Shown here in pieces: positions 46,382-55,471 of a stretch of 64,000 nt of DNA; position 1 is the stretch's first letter, and each line of letters begins with the position of its first letter. Both the position numbers and the translations under genes were made by a program. The stretch lies in the sequence record MZ311864.1, one strand, 5' to 3'. The notes below the pieces were generated by a model, which saw only the letters and a list, made by a program, of their open reading frames with translations, was not told where the DNA came from and searched no databases. The DNA is from Escherichia phage vB_EcoM_LNA4.

Positions 46382-47818
46382 ATGTATAAAGACGAATCGG
46401 AGATGATCTCCAAGCTACAAGATTCAGCCCTGAAGCTGATACAGTCAGCACGTATTGCATTACTGCAACATCGTCCATTTTACGGAACTTTGCTGAGTTC
46501 TTTGCCGATCATCGCAGACTGGAGATGGCTACCAACCGCTGCAACAGATCACCGACATCTGTACTATAACCCTGAGTTTATTATGGGGATGCCTGCCGAA
46601 CGCAAAAAGAAAGTCTTTGAGCGTATTGACAATCACCCCTCCATGACACAGCAGGAAAAAGATGACTACAAAGAGTATGTCAATGTTTTCTATCGAAAGA
46701 AGACACCAAAAGAGGTGGTAGTCATTCTGATGCACGAAGTTCGCCACATCACCAACGATCACATGGCCCGTGGGAAGAGCTTCAACTCAAAAATGTACAA
46801 CATTGCAGCGGATCAGTACATCAACACAGATTTAGTGGCTGTAGACCTTGGTCCAAGAAACACCTCATTGAAGTTCTTCCCGTTGGGAGCACAGACCAAG
46901 TTTGACAAAAACAAAGAATTTGGGTTCCTTGCGTACTGTTATTGTGATTTCTCATTCCAGAACAAGACAGCGGAAGAGATTTACGAGATGATTTACAATG
47001 GCAAGACAGTTGTTGGTCATCCTATGGGTGCTCATATTGGGGATTATGACCCCGAACGAGACATCCTGGGGTACGTAGACCCACACCCAAGCCTCGGTCC
47101 AATAGCTAAAGATGAGAATCTTGCATGGTCAGCGGGGCTGATTGACGCTGCAATGAGTGCAGCAGGCGGTGAAGGCCCGAAAGAGGCACGGGAATTGGTG
47201 GCAAGATCTCGTAAACCACACATTGATTACATGAAAATCATTAAACAGCGTATGGTCTCTCGTGTAAGATCTCACCTTTCTTACCGTAAACCAGCACGTC
47301 GATCAGGGTCTGTGACCCAAGTTCTGCGTAATTATGGTGCAATCACCCATAAGCAGAGCGTGATTTTGCCGGGAAGGAAGCAATCTGAGACAATTGACAT
47401 CGTGGTATGCTTCGATGTGTCTGGTTCTATCAGCCAGAAAACCATGACTCGCATCTTTAACGAGATTATTGGTCTGTGTACCCTGTATAAATGCTTCCGG
47501 GTAACACTTTTCTGCTGGTCAACCGAAGTTGGCGAGGTAAAAGTATACACCCAGGACAATATCAAGGAGATGCTGGACTACCATGTTACCTCCACAGGCG
47601 GTACACGGGCTGGTGTTGCGTTTGAATACATCGAAAAGAATATCCCTGATGCAAAAGATGTGATAATCTTTACAGACGGGTATATTGAAGATCTCAGTTC
47701 CCGCAAAAAGGACTGGGGTAAGATGTGGGATACACTATGGGTATTGTGTGGTCGTAACAAATCCAAGTACGACCCACCATTCGGGAGGGCAGTTGACTTA
47801 GATGAACACGCAAAATAA
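46382..47818 (+). CDS. metallopeptidase-like (HExxH) + von Willebrand A domain protein (DUF2201-like)
   Basis: LMHEVRHITNDH zinc-peptidase-like motif and C-terminal DIVVCFDVSGSIS MIDAS-like motif; start at ATG after GGAGAG. Confidence 0.55.
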   Translation: MYKDESEMISKLQDSALKLIQSARIALLQHRPFYGTLLSSLPIIADWRWLPTAATDHRHLYYNPEFIMGMPAERKKKVFERIDNHPSMTQQEKDDYKEYVNVFYRKKTPKEVVVILMHEVRHITNDHMARGKSFNSKMYNIAADQYINTDLVAVDLGPRNTSLKFFPLGAQTKFDKNKEFGFLAYCYCDFSFQNKTAEEIYEMIYNGKTVVGHPMGAHIGDYDPERDILGYVDPHPSLGPIAKDENLAWSAGLIDAAMSAAGGEGPKEARELVARSRKPHIDYMKIIKQRMVSRVRSHLSYRKPARRSGSVTQVLRNYGAITHKQSVILPGRKQSETIDIVVCFDVSGSISQKTMTRIFNEIIGLCTLYKCFRVTLFCWSTEVGEVKVYTQDNIKEMLDYHVTSTGGTRAGVAFEYIEKNIPDAKDVIIFTDGYIEDLSSRKKDWGKMWDTLWVLCGRNKSKYDPPFGRAVDLDEHAK

Positions 47819-48188
47819 GCTAATTGTTACAGGACTCACTGTAGATGTTGACTTTATGTACAGTGGGTCAATGGTCAGAATCGGTTTTCATGAGGGAAGA
47901 GACTACATTGAGTATCTGATCTCCTCTAATCGCCGTGCATTGTCCATTAAGAGATTCAAAAACGCCAGATGGGGAACCATAATTGAACCAGACTTCACTG
48001 TAAATCCTTTGGATATCAGTGACGAAGAGGATTTTATGGTGAGTATTCTTCCGGGAATGAATCATTTCGAGCGTTCTTTGTACAAAATGGCAGGTATTGT
48101 CGCGAAAATGTGGCATAACGATGCTGATGAGAACTATGCTCGGAACTACGTCATAGAGTATCTTAAGGATTACCTGGTGGCACCATGA
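47802..48188 (+). CDS. hypothetical protein
   Basis: 128-aa ORF. Confidence 0.45.
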   Translation: MNTQNKLIVTGLTVDVDFMYSGSMVRIGFHEGRDYIEYLISSNRRALSIKRFKNARWGTIIEPDFTVNPLDISDEEDFMVSILPGMNHFERSLYKMAGIVAKMWHNDADENYARNYVIEYLKDYLVAP

Positions 48189-48481
48189 GGATAGATAAGT
48201 CTTTCAGTGTGTTGTGCTCATATGGAATCCTGTCAAACCCGAAGGTCTCACCAACAGATCTTCGGGTCTATCTGTACATCAAGTTCAGGTGGCAGTTTTT
48301 CCAGAGTAAGGGGGCTGAGTTCGTAGAGTCTGTAAGCACCATAGCAGAGGCCGTCAGTATGAGTCCCAGAAGTGTGCAGAGGTCATTGAAGAATCTTGAG
48401 TCTCTTGGATACCTGGAGGTGGTTGAGAGGTCAGGGAAAACAAGCCTCTATATTCCGCTTGACGAACTGGTTAAGAAGTAG
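48185..48481 (+). CDS. winged-helix DNA-binding protein
   Basis: STIAEAVSMSPRSVQRSLKNLESLGYLEVVERSGK HTH-like segment. Confidence 0.5.
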   Translation: MRIDKSFSVLCSYGILSNPKVSPTDLRVYLYIKFRWQFFQSKGAEFVESVSTIAEAVSMSPRSVQRSLKNLESLGYLEVVERSGKTSLYIPLDELVKK

Positions 48482-48716
48482 CCAACCCCCGACAAAAACG
48501 TAGGGGGAGGGGTGACAAAAACGACCTACGATATAATAAAGAACTAAATAATAAAGAAACAAACAAATAAAATAAGATCTTTATAAAAAAGACTTGATCT
48601 AAAGATTTGTTAGTGTATAGTTGGTTTCAAGAGGAAGTGATGGAGCAACAGCGAAACACTTCAGATGTGTGTGGAAGTTCAATGTGCTCGGAGGCATGGG
48701 CGACAGGAGCTTCTAA

Positions 48717-49145
48717 ATGCGACGAATCAACTGGGGGCGGCGCGAAGCCGACAACAAAATGGTTAACATTAAACGTTCTATTCAGCGTCTGGTTCCACAG
48801 TACCGTGTTGTTACAAGCGGTTCCGATTGCTCTTGTCATATTGATGACGATTGTGATTGTATGCCTAGCCTGTATTTGACAGAGCGTGGTTGTACTGGTT
48901 TTGGTGGTGGTCACTGGACTTACACAGACGAAACCTGTCCAAAGTCTATCGACTCTTGGGGTAAGGCTTACTGGTGTGAGTTCCTGGGTTTACCTGGCTT
49001 CTGGGCGATGGGTGAAGAAGATGCAGCAGAAACTTTGCGAGATCGTCTTGACAGCATGTGCCAGTGTGCTAATATCAACGGTGTCAACAACAAACGTGCG
49101 GAAGCACTTATTGCAGAACTTAACTCTACAAAGGAGAATAACTAA
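48717..49145 (+). CDS. Cys-rich hypothetical protein
   Basis: 142-aa ORF with GGAG RBS. Confidence 0.45.
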   Translation: MRRINWGRREADNKMVNIKRSIQRLVPQYRVVTSGSDCSCHIDDDCDCMPSLYLTERGCTGFGGGHWTYTDETCPKSIDSWGKAYWCEFLGLPGFWAMGEEDAAETLRDRLDSMCQCANINGVNNKRAEALIAELNSTKENN

Positions 49146-49786
49146 TGTCATGGGCCTTTCTGATTTACTTAATTGATGTACTCACCACTGACGGTACTTA
49201 CAGCGGTTGGGGTTTCCTGATGTTCATCTTCGCCATTGCATACGGGGTCATGTATGCATTCCAGAAGTGCTATGAAGAAACTGACGGCAAGGTACGTTAT
49301 GGATTCTTCTTAGGTCAAAACTTGGTTCTTAACCAAGACTGGAACCACTTGAAGGCTGGGGAAACCATTGTTGTGACTAATATTGACAATGATGGTACGT
49401 TAAAGGTTCGATATCCTAACGGGGAGTCCTCTAATTGGCTGCGTTTTTCTACAGTAGAGCAGATCTCCGCCCAGCGACCTAACCCTGATGCGCCGCAAGT
49501 GCCTGTTCGTGACCTGACAAAAGGACCACGTAAGGTGGCAGTTGCAGGGCTGATCGTTTGCTTCCTCGGTATTCTGTATGCTAACTTTATGCCTCAGAAA
49601 GAGACTGCGTACAAGATGCTGGCTGCATATGTAGGTCAGAATGTGGTGGAGTCACCTCGTACTCAGCAACTGGCAGACAGTACGATCAAGTATCTTGATG
49701 CTCAGATCAAGAAGTACACAGACGAGCTTGATGCCACCGCTAAAGCAGAGCAGGCTGAGAAGGCCAAAGAGAAGGAGTCTAAATGA
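49145..49786 (+). CDS. membrane protein
   Basis: 213 aa, hydrophobic helices, charged C-terminus. Confidence 0.5.
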   Translation: MSWAFLIYLIDVLTTDGTYSGWGFLMFIFAIAYGVMYAFQKCYEETDGKVRYGFFLGQNLVLNQDWNHLKAGETIVVTNIDNDGTLKVRYPNGESSNWLRFSTVEQISAQRPNPDAPQVPVRDLTKGPRKVAVAGLIVCFLGILYANFMPQKETAYKMLAAYVGQNVVESPRTQQLADSTIKYLDAQIKKYTDELDATAKAEQAEKAKEKESK

Positions 49787-50121
49787 CAGGAATCGCTGAA
49801 CGCGTACTCCAGTCCTCAATCCGGGCGCAAGCCCGGACTGTTGATTCAGTCTTCAAGAACCTCGTAGAGGAAGTTGGGGAACTATCGCGAGCACTAAACC
49901 GCCCCTGGCGTTGTGATGAACCTGCAATTGGTGAAATTGCTGATGTTCTTAACTGTGTGATTGACTTGGCATTCTTGCTTGAGTTACAGGATTGTATCAA
50001 TCCTCGTGAGGATGATATGCCAGCAATCGTAGAAACAGTTCAACGCCGCCTTGAGCACTACGTTGATAAGAAGTGTGGCAAGTGGGATCGTTGTGAGAAT
50101 GCAGATCCGGGGGCGCTGTGA
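49783..50121 (+). CDS. MazG-like nucleotide pyrophosphohydrolase
   Basis: EEVGELSRAL and GEIADVLNCVIDLA motifs. Confidence 0.55.
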   Translation: MTGIAERVLQSSIRAQARTVDSVFKNLVEEVGELSRALNRPWRCDEPAIGEIADVLNCVIDLAFLLELQDCINPREDDMPAIVETVQRRLEHYVDKKCGKWDRCENADPGAL

Positions 50122-50462
50122 AGCCATTTGAAAGTAAGCGGATAGCGCTTGACTTCGATGATACCTTCACCCTAGACCCTCAAAGGTGGGCTGAGTTTGT
50201 CCACCTGTTCTGTTCTCGCGGGTCTGGTTGGTCGGTGAAGTTTGTTACCTTCCGACACGAAACGGATCGCAATGAAGACATCGAATACTGGGCTGAGAAA
50301 CTTGGCATTGACATCATCTACTGTGGTGGTGTACAGAAGGCTACAGTTTGTGCAAAAGCGGGTTGGGTTCCGGATGTCTGGGTAGACGACTTCCCAGCAC
50401 TGATCCCGATGAAACAACAACTCCAGGGTATGATCCTTGGCATAGAGAAGAACGGAGGATGA
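50118..50462 (+). CDS. HAD-like phosphatase (putative)
   Basis: IALDFDDTF DxDxT-type motif. Confidence 0.4.
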   Translation: MKPFESKRIALDFDDTFTLDPQRWAEFVHLFCSRGSGWSVKFVTFRHETDRNEDIEYWAEKLGIDIIYCGGVQKATVCAKAGWVPDVWVDDFPALIPMKQQLQGMILGIEKNGG

Positions 50463-50463
50463 T

Positions 50464-50610
50464 GTGGCGTATTACATTTTCAAGTTCTGGGAGAAGCTTT
50501 ATGACCTGAGCTACTTCTTGTTCGGCAACCTGCCGATCACATACGATGTAAAACATAAAATGAATATGGCTTGGATGAAGTATCAGATGAGCCAGAAGCA
50601 TGGTCAGTAA
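50464..50610 (+). CDS. small hypothetical protein (GTG start)
   Basis: GGAGGA RBS 5 nt upstream of GTG; 48 aa. Confidence 0.25.
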   Translation: MAYYIFKFWEKLYDLSYFLFGNLPITYDVKHKMNMAWMKYQMSQKHGQ

Positions 50611-50627
50611 AATCTGACACCACAATG

Positions 50628-50666
50628 CCCCGTAAAGCTCACCAATCGAGTTCTACGGGGTTTTTA
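50628..50666 (+). terminator. rho-independent terminator
   Basis: CCCCGTA...TACGGGG stem followed by TTTTT. Confidence 0.55.
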
Positions 50667-50734
50667 GCATGTAAGGTAGGCGAACGTACAGCCTTTGATT
50701 AGAAACGCTCAGAAGAGCTTACAGGAGCTTTTAG

Positions 50735-51559
50735 ATGACTACAGTATTTCATACCACAGAGATCATTCCCCACAACAAGAAACGTTTTGATGTTCCGGAC
50801 ATCGAGACAGACCTGAAAAAGATCTATGAAAGCACAGAGCATGAGCTATCATATCTTGAGTTTTCAAGTGATCCTGATGATGAGACTGACTTTGATAAGC
50901 AAAAGGGCAAGGTGGAGTCGGAGCTTGAAGAACTTAAGTCCTATGCAAAGAGTTCTGAGATTGCTGATTACCAGGCCTACGTTGAGGCGCTTGAGCGACA
51001 GATTGAAGCCCTGACATGGAGCCTCCTCAATGTTGCTCGCCGTGCTGATAACATGTCCCGTGATATTGTATCACTCGACAACAGAATGGACAGGACGGAG
51101 ATTGCAGACGAGTTTGACTACATCGTGGGAGATGCCCTCAACGAACTTGGGTGCGAAATGCCTCTACGCAGATGTCTCCAGGAGCGTGGCTGGAATGAGT
51201 GGCAAAGGGATTACCTGAACAGTATCATCCCCACCAACAGGGCCATAGAGCTTTTGGTTCATGCAAGTACACCAAGTGAAATGGTTCTCGGTATTGATAG
51301 CTGGATTTCAGTGCAGGATGACCGTGTAACCATCATAAATGGCGATGACCGCATCCACATTGGCAAAGCGTCTGATGAGATTGCTATCCATACGTTCATA
51401 GATGGTAAAAGTTCTTTTTTCCTGACGGCAGACCTGAAAGATATTTTCATGGACATCCTTCATCCAACTGACGAAGAGATTCAGATGTATGAGATGGCCC
51501 ACCACAAGAGCTATGATATTTGTATGTGGCGTGATATTTTCGGCAAGAAACCCGAATGA
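50735..51559 (+). CDS. hypothetical protein
   Basis: 274-aa ORF; RBS lies inside the repeated GCTTACAGGAGCTTT element. Confidence 0.5.
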   Translation: MTTVFHTTEIIPHNKKRFDVPDIETDLKKIYESTEHELSYLEFSSDPDDETDFDKQKGKVESELEELKSYAKSSEIADYQAYVEALERQIEALTWSLLNVARRADNMSRDIVSLDNRMDRTEIADEFDYIVGDALNELGCEMPLRRCLQERGWNEWQRDYLNSIIPTNRAIELLVHASTPSEMVLGIDSWISVQDDRVTIINGDDRIHIGKASDEIAIHTFIDGKSSFFLTADLKDIFMDILHPTDEEIQMYEMAHHKSYDICMWRDIFGKKPE

Positions 51560-51623
51560 AAACTGTGTGATATTTGCCCTTGATATTTGTCAGGGCATTT
51601 TGAACTGGAAACCAAAATGAAAA

Positions 51624-51650
51624 TCGAAATGGTTTTCGAAATGGTTTTCC
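51624..51650. repeat. tandem CGAAATGGTTTTC repeat (x2)
   Basis: cgaaatggttttcgaaatggttttcc read directly. Confidence 0.6.
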
Positions 51651-51827
51651 TTTCAGGTGTCCTGGTAAATCCATTTTATTGTGAGTTAAGATCTCAAACC
51701 CTCCGACAAATTATCTCAAATCTCCCAGCGCAACATGCTGATTGTTAAGGAAATTCACAGGCACGAATGCAGTAATTATGTCAAAATTCCAGAAATGCTA
51801 AATCCATTTTATTGGTTGTTAAGTCTG

Positions 51828-52033
51828 GGTACTCGATCACTTTTTCGATTTAGGAATCGTATTTTTTCTACACCGTTCAAAAAATTTTTCTAGGTAGAGA
51901 TCGGGTTCTCGATCGATTTTTCAAAATCGAGATCGTATTTTTTCTCGCTATCGAAAAAATTTTCGCGCCCGGTTCTCGATCGACTTTTCAGTTTCAAAAA
52001 CGTATTTTTTCTATACACGCGAAAAAATTTTTT
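51828..52033. repeat. three tandem direct repeats of about 65 bp (iteron-like)
   Basis: GGT(A/T)CTCGATC..TTTTTC....CGTATTTTTTCT......AAAAAATTTT repeated three times. Confidence 0.7.
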
Positions 52034-52408
52034 GGGATCAATAATTTTCTCACACACGCACACGCGATGTCAAGATAAATTTTTATGTTGAATGGGAAGC
52101 ATTCTCATTTAGCTTTTTGAATGATAATCATTCTCGTTTGCAGAATGACGGGCACCCCCGGTGTTTTGTACTCCGGTTTCAATGTTCCCGCTATGTCATA
52201 ATAATAGCATAGCCAGCCCCAGGATCAAGCGGCTTTACAAATCTTTACAAATCTCAAAAGTCCGAACTACCGGCGATTCACCTTCCGACCTGGCACCCGC
52301 GCCCGGTACGTTAGCCCCGCCTTTTCGCCGTGGGGTGGCGTTTTCTCTTCTGTCTGATAAATATAGCCCAGGGCCGCACGGATTGCAAGCCCCAGGACAA
52401 AATATTTT

Positions 52409-52600
52409 TTAGTCTTCCCGGCTATCCCATAACACCGCGCCGGACTCACTCACTGCCTTTGTGCCATAGTAAAACCCGGACACGCTCGCACGTTCTGCAA
52501 ACGGCAAAGGAACGATCCTAACCTGGGGCGCTCCGCGCTCACTCTCCCAGGTGTACAGGGTTACCATTGTTTCGCTTGCAACTACTTTCCCGTTTGCCAT
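52409..52600 (-). CDS. hypothetical protein (early-type gene on minus strand)
   Basis: 63 aa; GAGAGGTAAACGAAATG signature as in plus-strand early genes; TTGCAT..TATAT promoter-like upstream. Confidence 0.45.
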   Translation of the reverse strand: MANGKVVASETMVTLYTWESERGAPQVRIVPLPFAERASVSGFYYGTKAVSESGAVLWDSRED

Positions 52601-52703
52601 TTCGTTTACCTCTCTTGTGTGTGTCCTTATATAGTACACGATCCCCGCCGGGATGCAACCACACCGGGCAAAAAGATTTTTAAAATATTTGCATCCAGGG
52701 GTA

Positions 52704-52732
52704 TTGACGGTAATTAGTAAAGCGTTTACTAT
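52704..52732 (+). promoter_or_regulatory. sigma70-like promoter
   Basis: TTGACG-17 bp-TACTAT. Confidence 0.55.
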
Positions 52733-52782
52733 TCATCTCATCAGGGCGACACACCGCCGCCCACACTCAAAAGGTAAAGCAA

Positions 52783-53313
52783 ATGGACACTATCGAAACT
52801 TTCAACTACTCTTCAAACGGCATTGATTTTACTGTTAACGTTGTTAACTTTAATGAGTTTACCGGGTTCGCGGATCAATGGGAAATGACCGACGATCACG
52901 AAGGTGGGGTAACGGTTCAAAATCCGCAAGCCTGCCGAAACTCTTACAAGTACGCGATCCCGCTTCAATACAGCTTGAAAGAAAGGATCGCCAACCTGAT
53001 AAGCCAGGGTGATGAGAATCCATCGGCTAACGCTTACAAGGCCGCACAAGAGGCATTAGAGCGCGATTTAAACGCTAGTGATTATGGTTTCGTGGTAACT
53101 GCTACCGCAAACGGGATCACGCTCCTGGACGGCGAAACAATGGGGTGTAGTTTCGATTATTCATATGATGATAATGAAACGTTGATCGACGCTGCAAAAG
53201 ATGTTTACAAGGAAAACGGGATCGACGCCGAAGCCCTGGAAGCTGCAAAGAAAGCAGGCGCGGATCTGCTGTCTAATATCGACGGCCTGAAAAATATTTT
53301 AAAAGTAGCTTGA
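52783..53313 (+). CDS. acidic hypothetical protein
   Basis: 176 aa, Asp/Glu-rich; AAAGGTAAA-type SD. Confidence 0.55.
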   Translation: MDTIETFNYSSNGIDFTVNVVNFNEFTGFADQWEMTDDHEGGVTVQNPQACRNSYKYAIPLQYSLKERIANLISQGDENPSANAYKAAQEALERDLNASDYGFVVTATANGITLLDGETMGCSFDYSYDDNETLIDAAKDVYKENGIDAEALEAAKKAGADLLSNIDGLKNILKVA

Positions 53314-53339
53314 TCACCAGGTTCTGATCGGTTATCTTA
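53311..53339 (+). promoter_or_regulatory. sigma70-like promoter
   Basis: TTGATC-17 bp-TATCTT, then hairpin and SD. Confidence 0.45.
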
Positions 53340-53346
53340 CTAACAA

Positions 53347-53365
53347 GCCGGGGACGCTCCCCGGC
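53347..53365 (+). repeat. GC-rich hairpin (GCCGGGG-N-CCCCGGC family)
   Basis: GCCGGGGAcgcTCCCCGGC about 20 nt upstream of ATG. Confidence 0.7.
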
Positions 53366-53386
53366 ACTAACGAAAGGTAAAACAGA

Positions 53387-53683
53387 ATGAAAATTTCCGC
53401 TAACAAACAATTGATCGGCACTGTTAAAAATTATGTCAGGAATCCGTATGAGTTCGGCGGGTATCCGAAAATTTTGATCATGCGTGATGGCGGTTGCCTT
53501 TGTTCAAAATGCGCCCGTGAAAATTTCCCGCGCCTGCTGGAAGAGTTAAGGGATGAATGCGATCCGGCCTGGATGCCTGCCGGGGTAGATGTTTATTGGG
53601 AAGGGGCGGATCTACCGTGTGATCATTGTAACACCCCGATCCCTAGCGCCTATGGCGATCCGGAAGATGACACCGAAGAATAA
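53387..53683 (+). CDS. hypothetical Cys-containing protein
   Basis: 98-aa ORF with promoter/hairpin/SD. Confidence 0.5.
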   Translation: MKISANKQLIGTVKNYVRNPYEFGGYPKILIMRDGGCLCSKCARENFPRLLEELRDECDPAWMPAGVDVYWEGADLPCDHCNTPIPSAYGDPEDDTEE

Positions 53684-53692
53684 AATTAATTG

Positions 53693-53722
53693 TTGACGCT
53701 GGCTAATGTCTGGGGCTATAAT
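53693..53722 (+). promoter_or_regulatory. sigma70-like promoter
   Basis: TTGACG-17/18 bp-(C)TATAAT. Confidence 0.55.
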
Positions 53723-53773
53723 CTCCGGACATTGACAAGCGAAACAAACAACCACACTAAACGAGGTTACACC

Positions 53774-54103
53774 ATGAATAACTATTTCAATTCCCGCGCC
53801 CTGGCTCGTACTGCTGCAAAATCAAACGGTGGCAAAGTGATCGACAACGGCACCGCCGCACCTACTGGTAAACGTTGGCAAGTGATCCCCGGCGTTATGG
53901 TTGAAGCAATCCAGGACACCGCCGATCAACGTGCTGAAATGGAAAGCGCCCCGATTGTTACGCTGGAAGTAAAAACAGGTTATCGCAACCGTAAAGCGGT
54001 GCGTGTCTCTTATGTACACGATGCAAACGGCAAGCCGATCCCAGTGATGCACAAACGATCCCAGGTTGCCGCCCGGTTAGCTGCTCATATGGCGCGTAGC
54101 TGA
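53774..54103 (+). CDS. hypothetical protein
   Basis: 109 aa from ATG after ACGAGGT SD, downstream of promoter. Confidence 0.5.
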   Translation: MNNYFNSRALARTAAKSNGGKVIDNGTAAPTGKRWQVIPGVMVEAIQDTADQRAEMESAPIVTLEVKTGYRNRKAVRVSYVHDANGKPIPVMHKRSQVAARLAAHMARS

Positions 54104-54204
54104 TGACCTGGGGGCAAATGGTTAGCGATCCTTTCTTGTGTGTGATGGGGATCATTCTGATCGGCGTGATGATAAAAATACTTCTCACACTGCCGAAAAT
54201 ATAA

Positions 54205-54234
54205 TTGACAAGCGCCGGGAATCCGGCGCATAAT
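54205..54234 (+). promoter_or_regulatory. sigma70-like promoter
   Basis: TTGACA-18 bp-CATAAT; spacer holds a CGCCGGgaatCCGGCG palindrome. Confidence 0.55.
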
Positions 54235-54264
54235 ACCCAAACCAAAACAAACGAGGTAAACGAA

Positions 54265-54462
54265 ATGGCAAAGGCTCCACGTGTTAATAAATGGCTTTAT
54301 GAAATCATCGTACAGGAAAGAACTTGTAACGGTTGGGAAGATTCTTGCGCCGAGGCAAATTGGTCTGATGCGGTAGCAACAAAGAAAGATTATCGCCGCA
54401 ACGGGTACGAAGCCCGGATCATTGAACGCCGCACACCTAACCCGGATTATGTTGCAAAATAA
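54265..54462 (+). CDS. hypothetical protein
   Basis: 65 aa from ATG after ACGAGGTAAACGAA. Confidence 0.5.
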   Translation: MAKAPRVNKWLYEIIVQERTCNGWEDSCAEANWSDAVATKKDYRRNGYEARIIERRTPNPDYVAK

Positions 54463-54464
54463 AT

Positions 54465-54493
54465 TTGCAATCCTAAGCTAGATCGATTACATT
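54465..54493 (+). promoter_or_regulatory. sigma70-like promoter
   Basis: TTGCAA-17 bp-TACATT. Confidence 0.45.
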
Positions 54494-54502
54494 ATAAATC
54501 AA

Positions 54503-54521
54503 GGCGGGAATAGTTCCCGCC
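54503..54521 (+). repeat. GC-rich hairpin
   Basis: GGCGGGAAtagTTCCCGCC upstream of AAAAGGTAATACAAAATG. Confidence 0.65.
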
Positions 54522-54542
54522 ACACTGAAAAGGTAATACAAA

Positions 54543-54836
54543 ATGACTACCACAAACAAAACCACTACCGCCCCAGCAAAATTTTTCCTCGCTCGTATCT
54601 ATTGCATGTATGACGGTAAAGAGTTCCCAGCCGTGGATCTGATTGTTGATCACTCCCTGGAAGATGCAACCAACGAAGCCGAAAACCGTTGCGCCGCCGC
54701 TCACTATTCCTTTTCCGATATCGACGAAGTGAACGAAAGCGGTTATTGGTCTGATTGTGGCGCTCATGTTGTACGCGTTAAATCTGTAACAGAAATTAGC
54801 GCCGCCACCTATGAAGAGATAAAAAATCTCCTGTAA
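54543..54836 (+). CDS. hypothetical protein
   Basis: 97-aa ORF. Confidence 0.5.
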   Translation: MTTTNKTTTAPAKFFLARIYCMYDGKEFPAVDLIVDHSLEDATNEAENRCAAAHYSFSDIDEVNESGYWSDCGAHVVRVKSVTEISAATYEEIKNLL

Positions 54837-54839
54837 GTA

Positions 54840-54868
54840 TTGACACCCCAGCGAGTAAAGCGGATAAT
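54840..54868 (+). promoter_or_regulatory. sigma70-like promoter
   Basis: TTGACA-17 bp-GATAAT. Confidence 0.6.
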
Positions 54869-54877
54869 TCTATTCAA

Positions 54878-54895
54878 GCCGGGACGGTTCCCGGC
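54878..54895 (+). repeat. GC-rich hairpin
   Basis: GCCGGGAcggtTCCCGGC. Confidence 0.65.
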
Positions 54896-54915
54896 ACTGA
54901 CCGAAGGTAAAGAAA

Positions 54916-55314
54916 ATGGCAAAGTTTAAAACCTCAATCAATCTTTATGACGCTGTGAACCGCCTGAAAGAAGTTTCACGCGAAAATCAAACCGGGGATT
55001 TTTTCGTGGTTGTTGACTCCTTTGATTTTGGGCGTGATGTTAACGGAAACACGATCAACAAATACCGCGCCACGCTCCACCGTGGGGATCTGCTATCCGT
55101 GCAAAATGGTTATACTGGTTTCGGGGTCACCGTCCTGGAATCACCACGCCGCCGCGAACAATCCCACAATGAAGGGCAAAGCGCCGCGCTTTACTGGTTG
55201 GAAAAAATCGGTTATGATCTGGCTTATGAGTCTATGACTTATGCGCCCCACACCAAAAAGCAAGGCTATCGCCACGTTTACCGGGTAACGAACAATTATT
55301 TAAAGGGGCTTTAA
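54916..55314 (+). CDS. hypothetical protein
   Basis: 132-aa ORF. Confidence 0.5.
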   Translation: MAKFKTSINLYDAVNRLKEVSRENQTGDFFVVVDSFDFGRDVNGNTINKYRATLHRGDLLSVQNGYTGFGVTVLESPRRREQSHNEGQSAALYWLEKIGYDLAYESMTYAPHTKKQGYRHVYRVTNNYLKGL

Positions 55315-55315
55315 C

Positions 55316-55459
55316 ATGTTTAATGTCGTGGTGATTAATAAGAAAACGGGTAAAAAAGTGGTGATGAATCGATCCCCGTTGTCACACGGTGAAGCCTGCG
55401 CTATGCTGTCAAAAATCACTCGTTACCCGTGGCGGGTTGAAAAAATAGAAAGTATTTAA
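55316..55459 (+). CDS. small hypothetical protein (47 aa)
   Basis: ATG 1 nt after previous stop; not in ORF track (short). Confidence 0.35.
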   Translation: MFNVVVINKKTGKKVVMNRSPLSHGEACAMLSKITRYPWRVEKIESI

Positions 55460-55471
55460 AGGCGGTGTGAA

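Noticed and set aside
48607-48879. ORF 48607..48879 as a separate gene
   Set aside because: Overlaps the better-supported 48717..49145 frame, which has a GGAG RBS; the hydrophobic tail is probably chance in the alternate frame.
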